DNA from: Squalus acanthias
Lineage: Eukaryota
Direction: 5' to 3'
Assembly: GCA_030390025.1 (NCBI GenBank)
Contig: CM059432.1
Coordinates: 107,200,001-107,264,000 of the forward strand
DNA length: 64,000 nt
The notes under the pieces are model-generated. The model had not been told where the DNA came from. It ran no database searches and worked only from the letters and a program-made list of their open reading frames with translations. This document shows, piece by piece, positions 38,798 to 50,717 of this stretch (position 1 is its first letter; each line of letters opens with the position of its first letter). Both the position numbers and the translations under genes were made by a program.

Positions 38798-39365
38798 GGT
38801 CTATAAATTCGGCCGCGCAGTGCCACCTACTAAACCCCCAATATGGTGAATAGGATGCACGTGCACATTTTGAGCTGAAAGTATTTGTACAGGAAAAAAA
38901 TAGGCGTCCGGGGCCCATACCTGAAACAGGCATTAGGCCCTTTGCAGATACAAATAAGGGGCTGAACGCCTGTTTGAGGTCCCCATTCCAAGACCGGTTT
39001 GCCCTGAGGCAGCCGGCGCCAACACCAGTTGCACCCAGTAAAACCAGACCTTGGAACCGCCTGCAACCAAAAAGGTAAGTTTTTGAAATTTGCTTACCTG
39101 AATGTGGAGCCAGGGAAAAGAAGTGCTCAACTCCACATTTAAAGAACATGCATCGCTGCTCCCCTGATCCCTGAATTTGTTTACCTGAGGGACGCTGTGA
39201 CGCTAGCAGAGGCCCGATTTTAGTTTCCTCTTTGCTGGCTAGTTGATCGCGCCATGCCAGCTCCATTGAAATGAGGCCTGATGCCCAATATTGGGAGCAT
39301 CTGTTGCCTCACCACTCAAGTACAGGGAATGTGCCCAAAGGTGAGCATGCCCGAATTTCTAGGCT
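38798..39365. mobile_element. Harbinger-type MITE
   Basis: Imperfect TIRs ggtctataaattcggc / gcccgaatttctaggct around a CpG-richer interior. Confidence 0.5.
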
Positions 39366-39729
39366 GTTGAACATTGAGTTGATTAAAACCCCCGATCTCT
39401 CAACTTCACTATGCACCAAGTCCGTGTGTTGCCCATGATGTTTCTTCTTGAATGCAGTACTTTCCAGCTGTCTATATTAAATTTAATCCACAATTGTTAC
39501 GCATTCTTACATAATTTGTTTAACTCATCTTGCAGTTCCCAAGCTGCCTCCTCACATTCAGGAGATCTCACCTTGGATGGATCCATGCTCAGTCCTTCTT
39601 CATGGAACTCACCATCTGAGATCATGAGGATCACCACCCCCATTGTTAAAGCTGATTCCAAGGACCTTGGTTTCCTGTTTCATGCCAAACACTACTTTCC
39701 CCCTTTACAAGTTTTAATTCTGTATAATT

Positions 39730-40331
39730 CAGAGGCTAGGTATTCTGCGGCGAGTGTCTCATCTCCTGACTCCCCAAAGTCTTTCCACCATCTACAAGGC
39801 ACAAGTCAGGAGTGTGATGGAATACTCTCCACTTGCCTGGATGAGAGCAGCTCCAACAACACTCAAGAAGCTCGACACCATCCAGGACAAAGCAGCCCGC
39901 TTGATTGGCACCCCATCCACCACCTTAAACATTCACTCCCTCCACCACCGGCATACCGTGGCTGCAGTGTGTACCATCTACAAGATGCACTGCAGCAACT
40001 CGCCAAGGCTTCTTTGGCAGCACCTCCCAAACCCGCAACCTCTTCCATCTAGAAGGACAAGGGCAGCAGGCGCATAGGAACACCACCACCTCCAAGTTCC
40101 CCTCCAAGTCACACACCATCCTGACTTGGAAGTATATCACCGTTCCTTCATAGTCGCTGGGTCAAAATCCTGGAACTCCCTCCCTAACAGCACTGTGGGA
40201 GTACCTTCACCACACGGACTGCAGCGGTTCAAGAAGGCAGCTCACCACCATCTTCTCAAGGGCAATTAGGGATAGGCAATAAATGCTGGCCTTGCCAGCG
40301 ACGCCCACATCCCATGAACGAAAAAAAAAAT
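39730..40331 (+). mobile_element. LINE family 2, 3' fragment
   Basis: SHLLTPQSLSTIYKAQVRSVMEYSPLAW; tail gccagcgacgcccacatcccatgaacg(a)n. Confidence 0.9.
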
Positions 40332-40354
40332 ATCCAAGTCTAGGTCTAAGGGTA

Positions 40355-40977
40355 CATAAGAACATGAGAATATAAGAATTAGGAGCAGGAGTAGGCCATA
40401 CGGCCCTTCGAGCCTGCTCTGCCATTCAATAAGATCATGGCTGATCTTCGACCTCAACTGCACTTTCCTGCCCGATCCCCATATCGCTTGATTCCCCTAG
40501 AGTCCAAAAATCTATCTATCTCAGCCTTGAATATGCTCAACAACTCAGCATCCACAGCCCTTTGGTATAGAGAATTCCAAAGATTCACAACCCTCTGAGT
40601 GAAGAAATTTCTCCTCATCTCAGTATAAAATGGCCGACCCCTTATCCTAAGACCATGCCCCCGAGTTCTAGACTCTCCAGCCAGGGGAAACAACCTCTCA
40701 GCATCTACCCTGTCAATCCCCCTCAGAATCTTGTATGTTTCAATGAGATCACCTCTCATTCATCTAAACTCCAGAGAGTATAGGCCCATTCTACTCATTC
40801 TCTCCTCATAGGACAGCCCTCTCATCCCAGGAATCAATCTAGTGAACCTTCGTTGCACCGCCTCTAAGGCAAGTATATCCTTCCTCAGATAAGGAGACCA
40901 AAACTGTGCACAGTACTCCAGGTGTGGTCTCACCAAAGCCCTGTACAATTGTAGTAAGACTTCCTTACTCTTGTATT
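40355..40977 (-). mobile_element. CR1 3' fragment
   Basis: ORFs 40760-41020 and 40454-40759 (RPHLEYCAQFW, RGDLIETYK). Confidence 0.9.
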
Positions 40978-41007
40978 GCTCCCTTATCTGAGGAGGCTCT
41001 TCTAGGA

Positions 41008-41389
41008 CAGTGCTGTCCAATAGAAATCGCTAACTAATCACAAGTTTGGCTACAGTGACACTGTTTTAGCCATATGCATTAATTTTAGTAGAAAATGCCT
41101 TGCATATACTCACAATACAGGTAAATGTATTTCACGTATGAATATTTACTTAACAAACATCTACCACCATTCAGTAACCAAGGAAGTAAAGCATTCACAA
41201 CAATCAAAAAACACGTATGTGCTCTGCTTTTCACCGTATCATTTTACCAACCCACAAAAACGTTAAAGTTCACATATATACGCTGTGCGAATAGGAGTAT
41301 TGAAATTTACTAATCAGAAATACAATTATCCCCATCTGGAATATCAATTAACCAAATATAGCTAGCGACTAATATATTGGACAACACTG
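41008..41389. mobile_element. hAT-Charlie (MER3/MER33-like) MITE
   Basis: TIRs cagtgctgtccaata / tattggacaacactg; 8-bp TSD ttctagga / ttctagca (Charlie-type target); a second 3' piece at about 41600-41698. Confidence 0.85.
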
Positions 41390-42177
41390 TTCTAGCACCT
41401 CACTTCTACCCAGGCTGTAATAGGAATATAGGAACAGGTGGCGGCCATACAGCCCCTCAACTCTATCTTAGCTCCAGATCCCCTGACCTAACAAAAATCT
41501 ATCTCTCTCAGTCTTGAAAATTTCAATTGACTCTTTAGGGGGAAGAGAATTCCAGACTTCTGCTGTTTCTATTGAGATCACATTGAGATCTATTGAGATG
41601 GAATGTATTACTTCATTCTTATTTACTAATCAGACATGCAATTATCCACATCTGGATTCCCAATTAGCCACATGTGATTAATGTATTGGGTAACACTGCC
41701 CTAGAGCCATCTTCATAGTCCATGAGTGGACAACAAGCACCTGGTTTTCAGGTCTGCTCCTCCCCCCTCAGTGAGGCAGCCATTTACCACCATGGAAAGT
41801 TCTGAACTACTCTCTCATTCTGGCACTGACACCATCCAATGAACAGCAGCTAAGCTGGAGAGACCAAGTGCCAGGGTCAGTAGCTTGTTTAGTTTGTCTG
41901 TTACAAAACTAAAGTAAATAGAATCATCTCTGCAAAGATCTTGCATTATGATATTCTGTGCTAATACGGGCTGTTGCAATGGGACTCAAACAGAAATGTG
42001 GCAATTCATTAAAGGCATTAATACTGAAGTGTTTAGTTTAGAAAATACCAGGTTGGTATAAACCAATTACACGTGTTAACACAGGAAGCTCCTTCTCTGT
42101 TCTCCAGTGTTCCATTAAAGATCAACTTAATTTCAAAAATGAGACAGGAAAGAAATCTACAAAAAAAATGTATTAAG

Positions 42178-42183
42178 TTTATT
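42178..42183 (-). terminator. Candidate distal poly(A) signal (AATAAA) of col15a1
   Basis: TTTATT on +, i.e. AATAAA on -, followed on - by a U-rich tract (ttttttttgtagatttctttcc); about 2 kb downstream of the stop. Confidence 0.45.
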
Positions 42184-42308
42184 CAGCGTGTGAAAAATCC
42201 TTCATTTAATACAATCTGATTTAGACATTTGGTTCATATATTAAAAAGTTGCTGATTTATGCAAACATTATTTCACTGGTGTGGTCGCTGAACTTCATCG
42301 AATGGAAT

Positions 42309-42958
42309 AAATCTGCAGTGTAAACGGACTAAATCTGCAGTGTAAATGGACAAAATCAGCAGTTTAAATGGACAAAATCTGCAGTGTAAATGGACAAAAT
42401 CTGCAGTGTAAATGGACAGAATCTGCAGGGTAAATGGACAAAATCAGCAGTTTAAATGGACAAAATCTGCAGTGTAAATGGACAGAATCTGCAGGGTAAA
42501 TGGACAAAATCAGCAGTTTAAATGGACAAAATCTGCAGTGTAAATGGACAAAATCTGCAGTTTAAATGGACAAAATCTGCAGTGTAAATGGACAAAATCT
42601 GCAGTGTAAATGGACAGAATCTGCAGGGTAAATGGACAAAATCAGCAGTTTAAATGGACAAAATCTGCAGTGTAAATGGACAAAATCTGCAGTTTAAATG
42701 GACAAAATCTGCAGTGTAAATGGACAAAATCTGCAGGGTAAATGGACAAAATCTGCAGGGTAAATGGACAAAATCTGCAGTGTAAATGGACAAAATCTGC
42801 AGTGTAAATGGACAAAATCTGCAGGGTAAATGGACAAAATCTGCAGTGTAAATGGACAAAATCTGCAGTGTAAATGGACAAAATCTGCAGGGTAAATGGA
42901 CAAAATCTGCAGTGTAAATGGACAAAATCTGCAGTGTAAATTGATTAAATCTGCAGTG
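42309..42958. repeat. 22-bp minisatellite, about 29 copies
   Basis: Unit aaaatctgcagtgtaaatggac with gggt/gttt variants. Confidence 0.97.
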
Positions 42959-43133
42959 GAAGTGATTATGCTGAAAAGCTGCCATTTCTAAAGTTCGAAC
43001 TATTTAAACAAGAATTTGCTGTGAAACTGTTACTGTTATCCTATCACCATTGTTTTACAAAATAGGGAAAATGTTTAAATCTACTGAACTGCAGGAGAAC
43101 TGCATAGTATAAAAAGCAATTAAACAAACGGAA

Positions 43134-43292
43134 GGGCCAGCTTTTACAAGGGTGGGCTACCAGCGGGAAAGCCCTGCCTGCCAGCCACGTGATATCCAGA
43201 AAACAAGGGTAGGAAAATCGCCGGTAACTTCAATACCCGTGTCGGCGGGCGAGGCTCCCTGCTGCTTGCTTGCACCGTGGCAAAATTGGACC
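43134..43292. mobile_element. Small Harbinger-type MITE
   Basis: Ends gggccagctttt / caaaattggacc with internal ggcggg motif. Confidence 0.4.
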
Positions 43293-43430
43293 TGTACAGT
43301 ATTAATGGGCAGAAGCAATAAATACAATGTTGTTACTGTTAAATAATACTGCTCTCAGAAACATTCAAAAAAGATGTTAGAAAGGTCCCAGTTAATGTAG
43401 AAACAACACTGTTAAATGTATCTGAGATAC

Positions 43431-43436
43431 TTTAAT
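43431..43436 (-). terminator. Candidate proximal poly(A) signal (ATTAAA) of col15a1
   Basis: ATTAAA on - about 0.7 kb after the stop, followed by GU-rich gtgttgttt. Confidence 0.35.
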
Positions 43437-44149
43437 ACGATACCATTATGCAGAGTTTAGTAGTAAGAATGCATAGATTTACATTGTACATTGTGTTAAA
43501 AAAATGTTTGCGCACTGCGTTGTTTAAACATAGTGATGACAGATTTCACAAAAAAACCTAGTTTCCTTTTGTCGCAGTGTTTGGGGAAAAAAGGATCCTT
43601 CATTATGGAAGCTGGATTCAAAGACGAGCATTCCCAGTGAAAGTCATTGCAGTGCATTCCAAATGGGCGGAAAATCATGATTACCTAATAGGCAAAGCTG
43701 GCGGACAAGGCTTGGCAGTGGGAGGGCGCAATCGGATAGTTTACCCCATCTTACCAACTTGGCTTTACTTTTTTTGTAATACGCACAAGTTGAGTCAATA
43801 GCACTCATATAAATACGGTCATCTTAACAGCAGTCCCATTTCAATTTACTTTTCACTAGCACCAAAGTATCAACAAGTGTGATTGAGGAACTGCGCAAGA
43901 GCAGTTCATTAGAACAAATAAGGTTTGCTTTTAAAAAAAACAGCCCATGCAGATTTTTGAGGTATGTCATCTTTGGCTTCCATTTCTGCTAACTTTCTGC
44001 AAATTGGCAATCTCGTCAGAAAGCGATATTTACATTGTCCCCACATTAACATATTTATAGAAAGTAAGAGTGTGCCACCCTTTACTGATTTTGTGATGAG
44101 ATTGTAGACTCGATATAATTCCAAACCTTTCACGTGCAGTCGGAGGCTG

Positions 44150-44369
44150 TTATTTTTTCCTCCTGTCATCATGGAAGTAGCTGTTCTCAATGCAAAGAAC
44201 GATAAAGTTATTTGCGCAGTTATACGAGCGCTGATCCAAGAGCTTTCCGCTTCTAAGTGGCGACGCGTTGCCAGTGAGGGTCATGTCTGTTCTCCGCCAT
44301 GCCCCGCAGTAGTTTGTCATGACTCGGCCTCCGCTTTCACTGGACCCGTGCCAGATTATTTTGTGCGGC
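44150..44369 (-). CDS. col15a1: Collagen XV last coding exon with stop codon
   Basis: Acceptor ttttattttcaag; phase matches the previous exon; (W)PHKIIWHGSSESGGRVMTNYCGAWRRTDMTLTGNASPLRSGKLLDQRSYNCANNFIVLCIENSYFHDDRRKK*; WHGS and IVLCIENS motifs; TAA at 44150-44152. Confidence 0.92.
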
Positions 44370-44447
44370 CTTGAAAATAAAAATAAAATTGCAGCAGAAT
44401 TTTAGTTCACGGGAAGAAGTGACGCGTAACACGAACATGCCAATTTC

Positions 44448-44765
44448 GGATGAGACGTTAAACCGAGGCCCCATCTTCCGTCTCAGGTGGACAAAAAAGA
44501 TCCCATGGCACTATTTTGAAGAAGAGCTGGGGGGGTTCTCCGTAGTGTCCTGGCCAATATTTATCCCTCAACCAACATCACTAAAAACTGATTAACTGGC
44601 CATTTATCGCATTGCGGTTTGTGGGACCTTGCTGTGCATAAATTGATCGCCACGTTTCCTACATTGAAACAGTGACTACACTTCAAGAAAAGTACTTCAA
44701 TGGCTGGAATATGCTTTGATACGGTCCGAGGTCATGAAAGGCACTATATAAATGCAAGTCCTTCT
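44448..44765 (+). mobile_element. Deu-domain SINE (headless) in the last col15a1 intron
   Basis: ggatgagacgttaaaccgaggcccc..gatcccatggcactatttt..gtcctggccaatattt and tail ggcactatataaatgcaagtc. Confidence 0.88.
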
Positions 44766-44823
44766 TGCGTGCGGAGAGAATTCTGCTGAATTTTTCTTGT
44801 GAGAGTCACGAACAGAGACTTAC

Positions 44824-44936
44824 CAGGAAGAATCCTTCATGATGTTTCTACCATCAAATGAATAAATAGGAATGTCAGCGTTGAAAGTGGCGTGGCTTTT
44901 AAAGATGGACTCCCAACTGTCAAAAAGCACTTCCCC
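44824..44936 (-). CDS. col15a1: Collagen XV penultimate coding exon
   Basis: Acceptor gtttttttctgacag, donor gtaagt; 113 bp, phase 0/2; GEVLFDSWESIFKSHATFNADIPIYSFDGRNIMKDSS(W), matching the conserved IYSFDGR motif of multiplexins. Confidence 0.92.
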
Positions 44937-45599
44937 CTGTCAGAAAAAAACAGGACTTATTAACCCGAGTTAGGTTTCTACGTTCTTAAATAGGTATATT
45001 CCTAGAGGTGGAAATTAAAATTCATCTACTTCCACTTGACAAAGCAGGTGGTGTTACCTTTTAATCAAATACTTTAGGTAATGAACAAATGAGTTACAAT
45101 ATCATGCCTGCCTGCTCCCAATCCCCTGCTGTCTGGAAGAGATGGCACTTCTATTCTCTGAACTGGTACGGTAACCCTGTAATTGGGATCACCACACTCA
45201 CCGGACAGACTCTTATTTCTCCCAGTTTCTTTCCTTCTGCTCATGAAGCTATAACTCACCTGAGGTGCAGGTCTATAGGCACCAATAGCCTTCCAGTCCC
45301 TGGTACTCCACATTCATTAACTTGTTCACATTAAGACTCCAATATCTATCCATCTATAGAAATGCTATTGTTAAAAATCTTGTGCAGGATGCACACTTAC
45401 CGTACTTCCGGTTGTAACTATTTTTGGTCATACATTTGTGACAACATTTCCCATTATAACTTGCTATGTCAACATTTCTCATTTAATATTGCTATGATAA
45501 CTATCACAGTAAGGTTGCAGGATCTGGCCACTATATGGCTCTATGGAGTAAGCTTTTGGAGGTGTTTTTCGAACTGTTGCCAGGTTATATATGAGTCTT

Positions 45600-45840
45600 G
45601 GCAAGGTATTTTACCATGGGGGGGCAAGGGGGGCGGGCATCACAGGCGAGGCCAATCCTGTCTTCGTTCGACATCCACACACCATTTGCTGAGAGGAGTC
45701 ACTGGACAGCGTCTAGCATGGGGATTCTGACTCATTTTCCCCTCCCTAACTCAAGGGAAATGAGGCCAATTGTAGATAACTGCTGCTCTGGTTGACACTG
45801 GCTAGCTCAATACAGATCAGGAATCAAACCTGGGAGCTTT
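45600..45840 (-). mobile_element. tRNA-derived SINE, third family
   Basis: B-box-like ccaggtttgattcctg on -, followed by acaattggcctc..ttagggaggggaaaa; single copy, family not assigned. Confidence 0.45.
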
Positions 45841-46131
45841 ATGCTATACAACTCCTGTAGCATATATTGAATTTGAAGAAGCACTTTCAATGCTCATATG
45901 AAGTTAATGACTGACAGTTCAATGTCCAGGAATGCGAACGATCACAAATCGATAGTGAACCATTGCTTACCGTGTCCAAACCGTGCACGAGAGCAATGAT
46001 TAAAGTAAACAGGGTTGTCATGTATTTTGATAAATGCTTTCCAAGATGAAAGAAATTAAGAATGATTTATGTTTAAGTGTTGTGTTTTACAGCAAAATTA
46101 ATTTGTACAGATTTTTAAAAAATGAAACTAT

Positions 46132-47160
46132 GTCCCCAGTAACAGGCCGAGCCAAGGTTTCAATCAGAGCCGTCCCCAGTAACAGGCCGGGGTTTGAATC
46201 AGAGCCGTCCCCAGTAACAGGCTGAGCCGAGGTTTCAATCAGAGCCGTCCCCAGTAACAGGCCGAGCCGAGGTTTCAATCAGAGCCATCCCCAGTAACAG
46301 GCTGAGCCGAGGTTTCAATCAGAGCCGTCCCCAGTAACAGGCCGAGCTGGGGTTTGAATCAGAGCCGTCCCCAGTAACAGGATGAGGTTTCAATCAGAGC
46401 CGTCCCCAGTAACAGGACGAGGTTTCAATCAGAGCCGTCCCCAGTAACAGGACGAGGTTTCAATCAGAGCCGTCCCCAGTAACAGGACGAGGTTTCAATC
46501 AGAGCCGTCCCCAGTAACAGGACGAGCCGAGGTTTCAATCAGAGCCGTCCCCAGTAACAGGACGAGCCGAGGTTTCAATCAGAGCCGTCCCCAGTAACAG
46601 GACGAGCCGAGGTTTCAATCAGAGCCGTCCCCAGTAACAGGCCGGGGTTTCAATCAGAGCCGTCCCCAGTAACAGGACGAGGTTTCAATCAGAGCCGTCC
46701 CCAGTAACAGGACGAGGTTTCAATCAGAGCCGTCCCCAGTAACAGGCTGGGGTTTGAATCAGAGCCGTCCCCAGTAACAGGACGAGCCGGGGTTTGAATC
46801 AGAGCCGTCCCCAGTAACAGGCCGGGGTTTCAATCAGAGCCGTCCCCAGTAACAGGCTGGGGTTTGAATCAGAGCCGTCCCCAGTAACAGGACGAGGTTT
46901 CAATCAGAGCCGTCCCCAGTAACAGGCTGGGGTTTGAATCAGAGCCGTCCCCAGTAACAGGACGAGCCGGGGTTTGAATCAGAGCCGTCCCCAGTAACAG
47001 GCCGAGGTTTCAATCAGAGCCGTCCCCAGTAACAGGACGAGCCGGGGTTTGAATCAGAGCCGTCCCCAGTAACAGGCCGAGGTTTCAATCAGAGCCGTCC
47101 CCAGTAACAGGCTGGGGTTTGAATCAGAGCCGTCCCCAGTAACAGGACGAGCCGTGGTTT
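46132..47160. repeat. 35/40-bp variant minisatellite, about 28 copies, in a col15a1 intron
   Basis: Nearly invariant core aatcagagccgtccccagtaacagg with an optional 5-bp insert and point variants. Confidence 0.97.
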
Positions 47161-47961
47161 CCTTTACTGTCTGGGCTCCATTACAGCTCAATTCGATATT
47201 GGCTGGATTAGCTAGGGTATCTGGAATTAACACCGGAATCTGCAACTAAGATTATTGAGCAATGCACGAAGCAAGCAATGACCTCTGAGCAGTCAGGAAT
47301 ATGTGGCCGAACAGACAACTATGTGACAAAACACCATCACATTTAACCTGTCCCTGGAATGCTTGGAAAGTATTTGCATGCTTTCTGTGACTGGTGCTAA
47401 CATGCTCCTAGGTATTTAAATTTAATTGCAGCATGAAAAGTCTGAAGGGTAAATTGTGCGCTCCTAGTTACTATCTCCGACCCATCGCCCCTTCGAGTGC
47501 AGTTCCATGTTGGATGTGCAGGTTTTACCCTATTTATTTTATATAATACTGTGATGTCTATTTACAGTAAACTTAGATATGAAGTGTCTTCATTTAACTC
47601 AAAGAATTCTGATGCCCTAATTCACTCACCATGCAACTAAAAGGGAAATATATATCTGGTTTAATGAAATAACCATCCATTTATCTGAACACTAGTCTCT
47701 TGTTTATAGACAGGGAGCAGTTGAATGCTTCTCAAAGATGAATGCAAATCCTCACCTCTGCCAATAAGCACTTCATCTCTGTCTGCGTGCTGACTGAAAG
47801 TCAGTTTAGCTTTTTCTAACTGGTAATTTGAGTTGACAGTACTGCGTTTTAAGCTGCCTCAGTAATATCTTTGTCTTTGTTCTGTAAAAATTGATAAGAA
47901 CATGAGGATATTATGCAATAGGGAAAAGCTATTAATCGCACCTAGTCACCTCTTCTTCTCA

Positions 47962-48578
47962 GCCGTGGATCAGCAGTAGCATTCTCACCTCTGAGTCAGA
48001 AGGTTGTGGGTTCTAGTCCCACTCCATAATCTAGGCTAACACTCCAGTGCAGTACTGAGGGAGCACCATGGTGTCATTGGTGCCATTTTACGGATAATCC
48101 CATGGCACTATTTTGAAGAAGAACAAGGGAGTTCTCCCCAGCATCCTGGCCAACATTTATCCCTCAACCAACACTACTAACAGATGACGATAGCAAAATA
48201 CTGCAGATGCTGGAAATCCGAAATAACAACAGAAAACGCTGGAAAAACTCAGCAGGCCAGGCAGCATCCGTAGAGAGAGAAACAGATGGTCTGGTCATTT
48301 ATCTCATTGCTGTTCATGGAACCTTGCTGTTTCAAGGGATATGGGGAGAAGGCAGGGACAGGGTGCTGAGTTTGGATGATCAACCATGATCTCATAGAAT
48401 GGCGGAGCAGGCTTGAGGGGCCGAATGGCCTACTCCTGCTCCTATCTTCTATGTTTGCAAATTGGCTGCTGCATTTTCCTACATTACAACAGAGACTACA
48501 CTTCAAAGGTACTGTAAAGCACTTTGGGATGTCCCAAGGCCATGAAAGGCGCTATATAAATGCAAGTCTTTCTTTCTT
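47962..48578 (+). mobile_element. Deu-domain SINE carrying a Penelope-terminus insert and a CR1 tail (about 48331-48455)
   Basis: tRNA-like head (gtggatcagcagtagc..gggttctagtccc), Deu core and tail ggcgctatataaatgcaagtctttctttc. Confidence 0.85.
48187..48280 (-). mobile_element. Short Penelope terminal-repeat insertion
   Basis: Reverse complement of the 27236-27325 terminus; flanked by aacagatg at 48179-48186 and 48281-48288. Confidence 0.85.
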
Positions 48579-49749
48579 GAAGGACTTTGGGCCTACCTAT
48601 CTACTAACGATATCTCCATCTTTAACGACTGAATCGGGATTCGCGTGCAATGCAGTCAGTTGGCTCCTGGTCTGGGGAGCTGTTATTATTTTTGAAATAG
48701 TTCCATGTCACGTTGGACTCCAATATTTGTGCTTTTTGGCCTAGCGATGGCTACACAATGGGAATCTGGTGGGAATATTCACAGAATCTCACTGTTAGAA
48801 CAGAAGGAAGAAGAAAAAGAACACTTGGTTCCATCCTGTGGACCTGCTCAGAAACTGGACACCCTATCTTAACTTGCTTCCAAGCTCACATCCACATATT
48901 TCCAATTATATCAATGGGTCCATTTCACTTCTTGAATCCTTCGAAACAACCCTACATTCAATGTGCAAGATAGCAATCTATTCTATAAGTCAACAACGTT
49001 TAAGTATAATGTTACGAATCCATACGTTACTCTGAAACTGGCAATGTCTTTAGCTTATTTTTTTATATTTTATTTTTTTATATTTTATTTTCTTATCTTT
49101 CCCCAGTTCAACCCAAAGAACATCTCCATTGATGTTTCCTGTGAGAACAGATTTATTGGTAGATTTTACAAACAGTAAATGTTACTGCAGTTGGGCGTGA
49201 CTCCAACCCATGAGTGCGGATTGTAACATTTACCTGCTGTCTCTCTCATCCTCCTTTCATAGATTTGAGTTCCATTGAAATTCTTCTCCACTCTTGGAAC
49301 CTTTTCAATGCATCTAAACTGGATGTAGGACTCCCAGTGGTATCACCAAGGCTCTTTTGGGTGCCCATGTAGCCTCTTCTGACTTATACCCCATGGATTT
49401 ACTTGTAAACTTGAATAACAGGGCAACGGTCTGGGGATGTGCGTGTTGTCATCACTGGACACTGCTGTTCTTATTATCCAACTTTTCGCTAATTAATAAT
49501 CTAATTAATTTCACGTCAACTACCAACTTCCTGAAAAACTGTGATGTGCCTTAACCCATCAGTCTGACTGTATCCTCAATGAATTCTAATAATCGTCATT
49601 GACCTGCTTTTAATCAACTTTTGTTGACAACTGAAACTTTGCATTTGAATTTTGCATTGCTTATTCAAGTTGTAAGGCATTCTGAGTGACGTAAGCAGTT
49701 GAATCTCTACCATTCATGTGTATCTGAGAGAAAACACAAGAACAGCAGA

Positions 49750-50525
49750 AAAATGGTTACCTTTGAATGGTGAGAGATTGGGAAATGTTTGCACTCAGAG
49801 GGACCTGGGTGTCCTTGTACATGAATCACAGAAAGTTAACATGCAGCTACAGCAAGCAATTAGGAAATCAAATGGTATGTTGGCCTTTATTACAAAGTGA
49901 TTAGAGTATAAGAGTAAATAATTCTTACTACAATTATACAGGGCATTGGTGAGGCCACACCTGGAGTACTGTGTACAGTTCTGGTCTCCTTACCTAAGGA
50001 AAGACATACTTGCCTTAGAGGGAGTGCAGCAAAGGTTCACTAGACTGGTTCCTGGAATGAGGGGATTGTCCTATGAGGAGAGATTGAGTAGACTAGGCCT
50101 ATATTCTCTAGAGTTTAGAAGAATGAGAGGTGATCTAATTGAAACAAATAAAATTCTTAAGGGGCTTGACAGGGTTAATGCTGGGAAAATGTTTCCCCTG
50201 GCTGGGAAATCTAGAACACAGGGTCACAGTCACAGAATAAGGGGTCGGCCATTTAGGACTGAGATGAGGAGAAATTTCTTCACTCAAAGGGTTGTGAATC
50301 TTTGGAATTCTCTACCCCAGAGAGCTGTGGATACTCAGTCGTTGAGTATTCTCAAGACAGAGATCAATACATTTTTGGGAACTAAGGGAATTAAGGGATA
50401 TGGGGACAGTGCGGGAAGGTGGAGTTGAGATAGAAGATCAGCCATGATCTTGTTGAATGGCGGAGCAGACTCGAAGGGCCAAATGGCCTACTCCTGCTCC
50501 TATTTCTTATGTTCTTATGTTCTTA
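49750..50525 (+). mobile_element. CR1 3' fragment
   Basis: ORF 49946-50428, tail cttatgttcttatgttctt. Confidence 0.92.
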
Positions 50526-50717
50526 AAGGAATGAAATCCTGGGAGGACTGTACCATCATTCTAGGAGGGAGTGCTAGAATTTAGACGTGGTTTATAAACA
50601 GGAGCTGTTTTGTAACAACTACAATTGCAGGGATGTTTAGTGAATGAAGAGGGAAGCAAACCCATTTTCTTAAGTTTATTGTGTATAAAAATTAGATCAT
50701 GGCTGATCTGTAGCCTG

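Noticed and set aside
44140..44460. CpG-rich patch that looked like a promoter, with + ORF 44171-44374
   Set aside because: It is the last coding exon of col15a1 on the minus strand; the + ORF is its antisense shadow.
46132..47160. CRISPR-like array
   Set aside because: Linkers are short recurring variants rather than unique spacers; there are no cas genes and the context is vertebrate.
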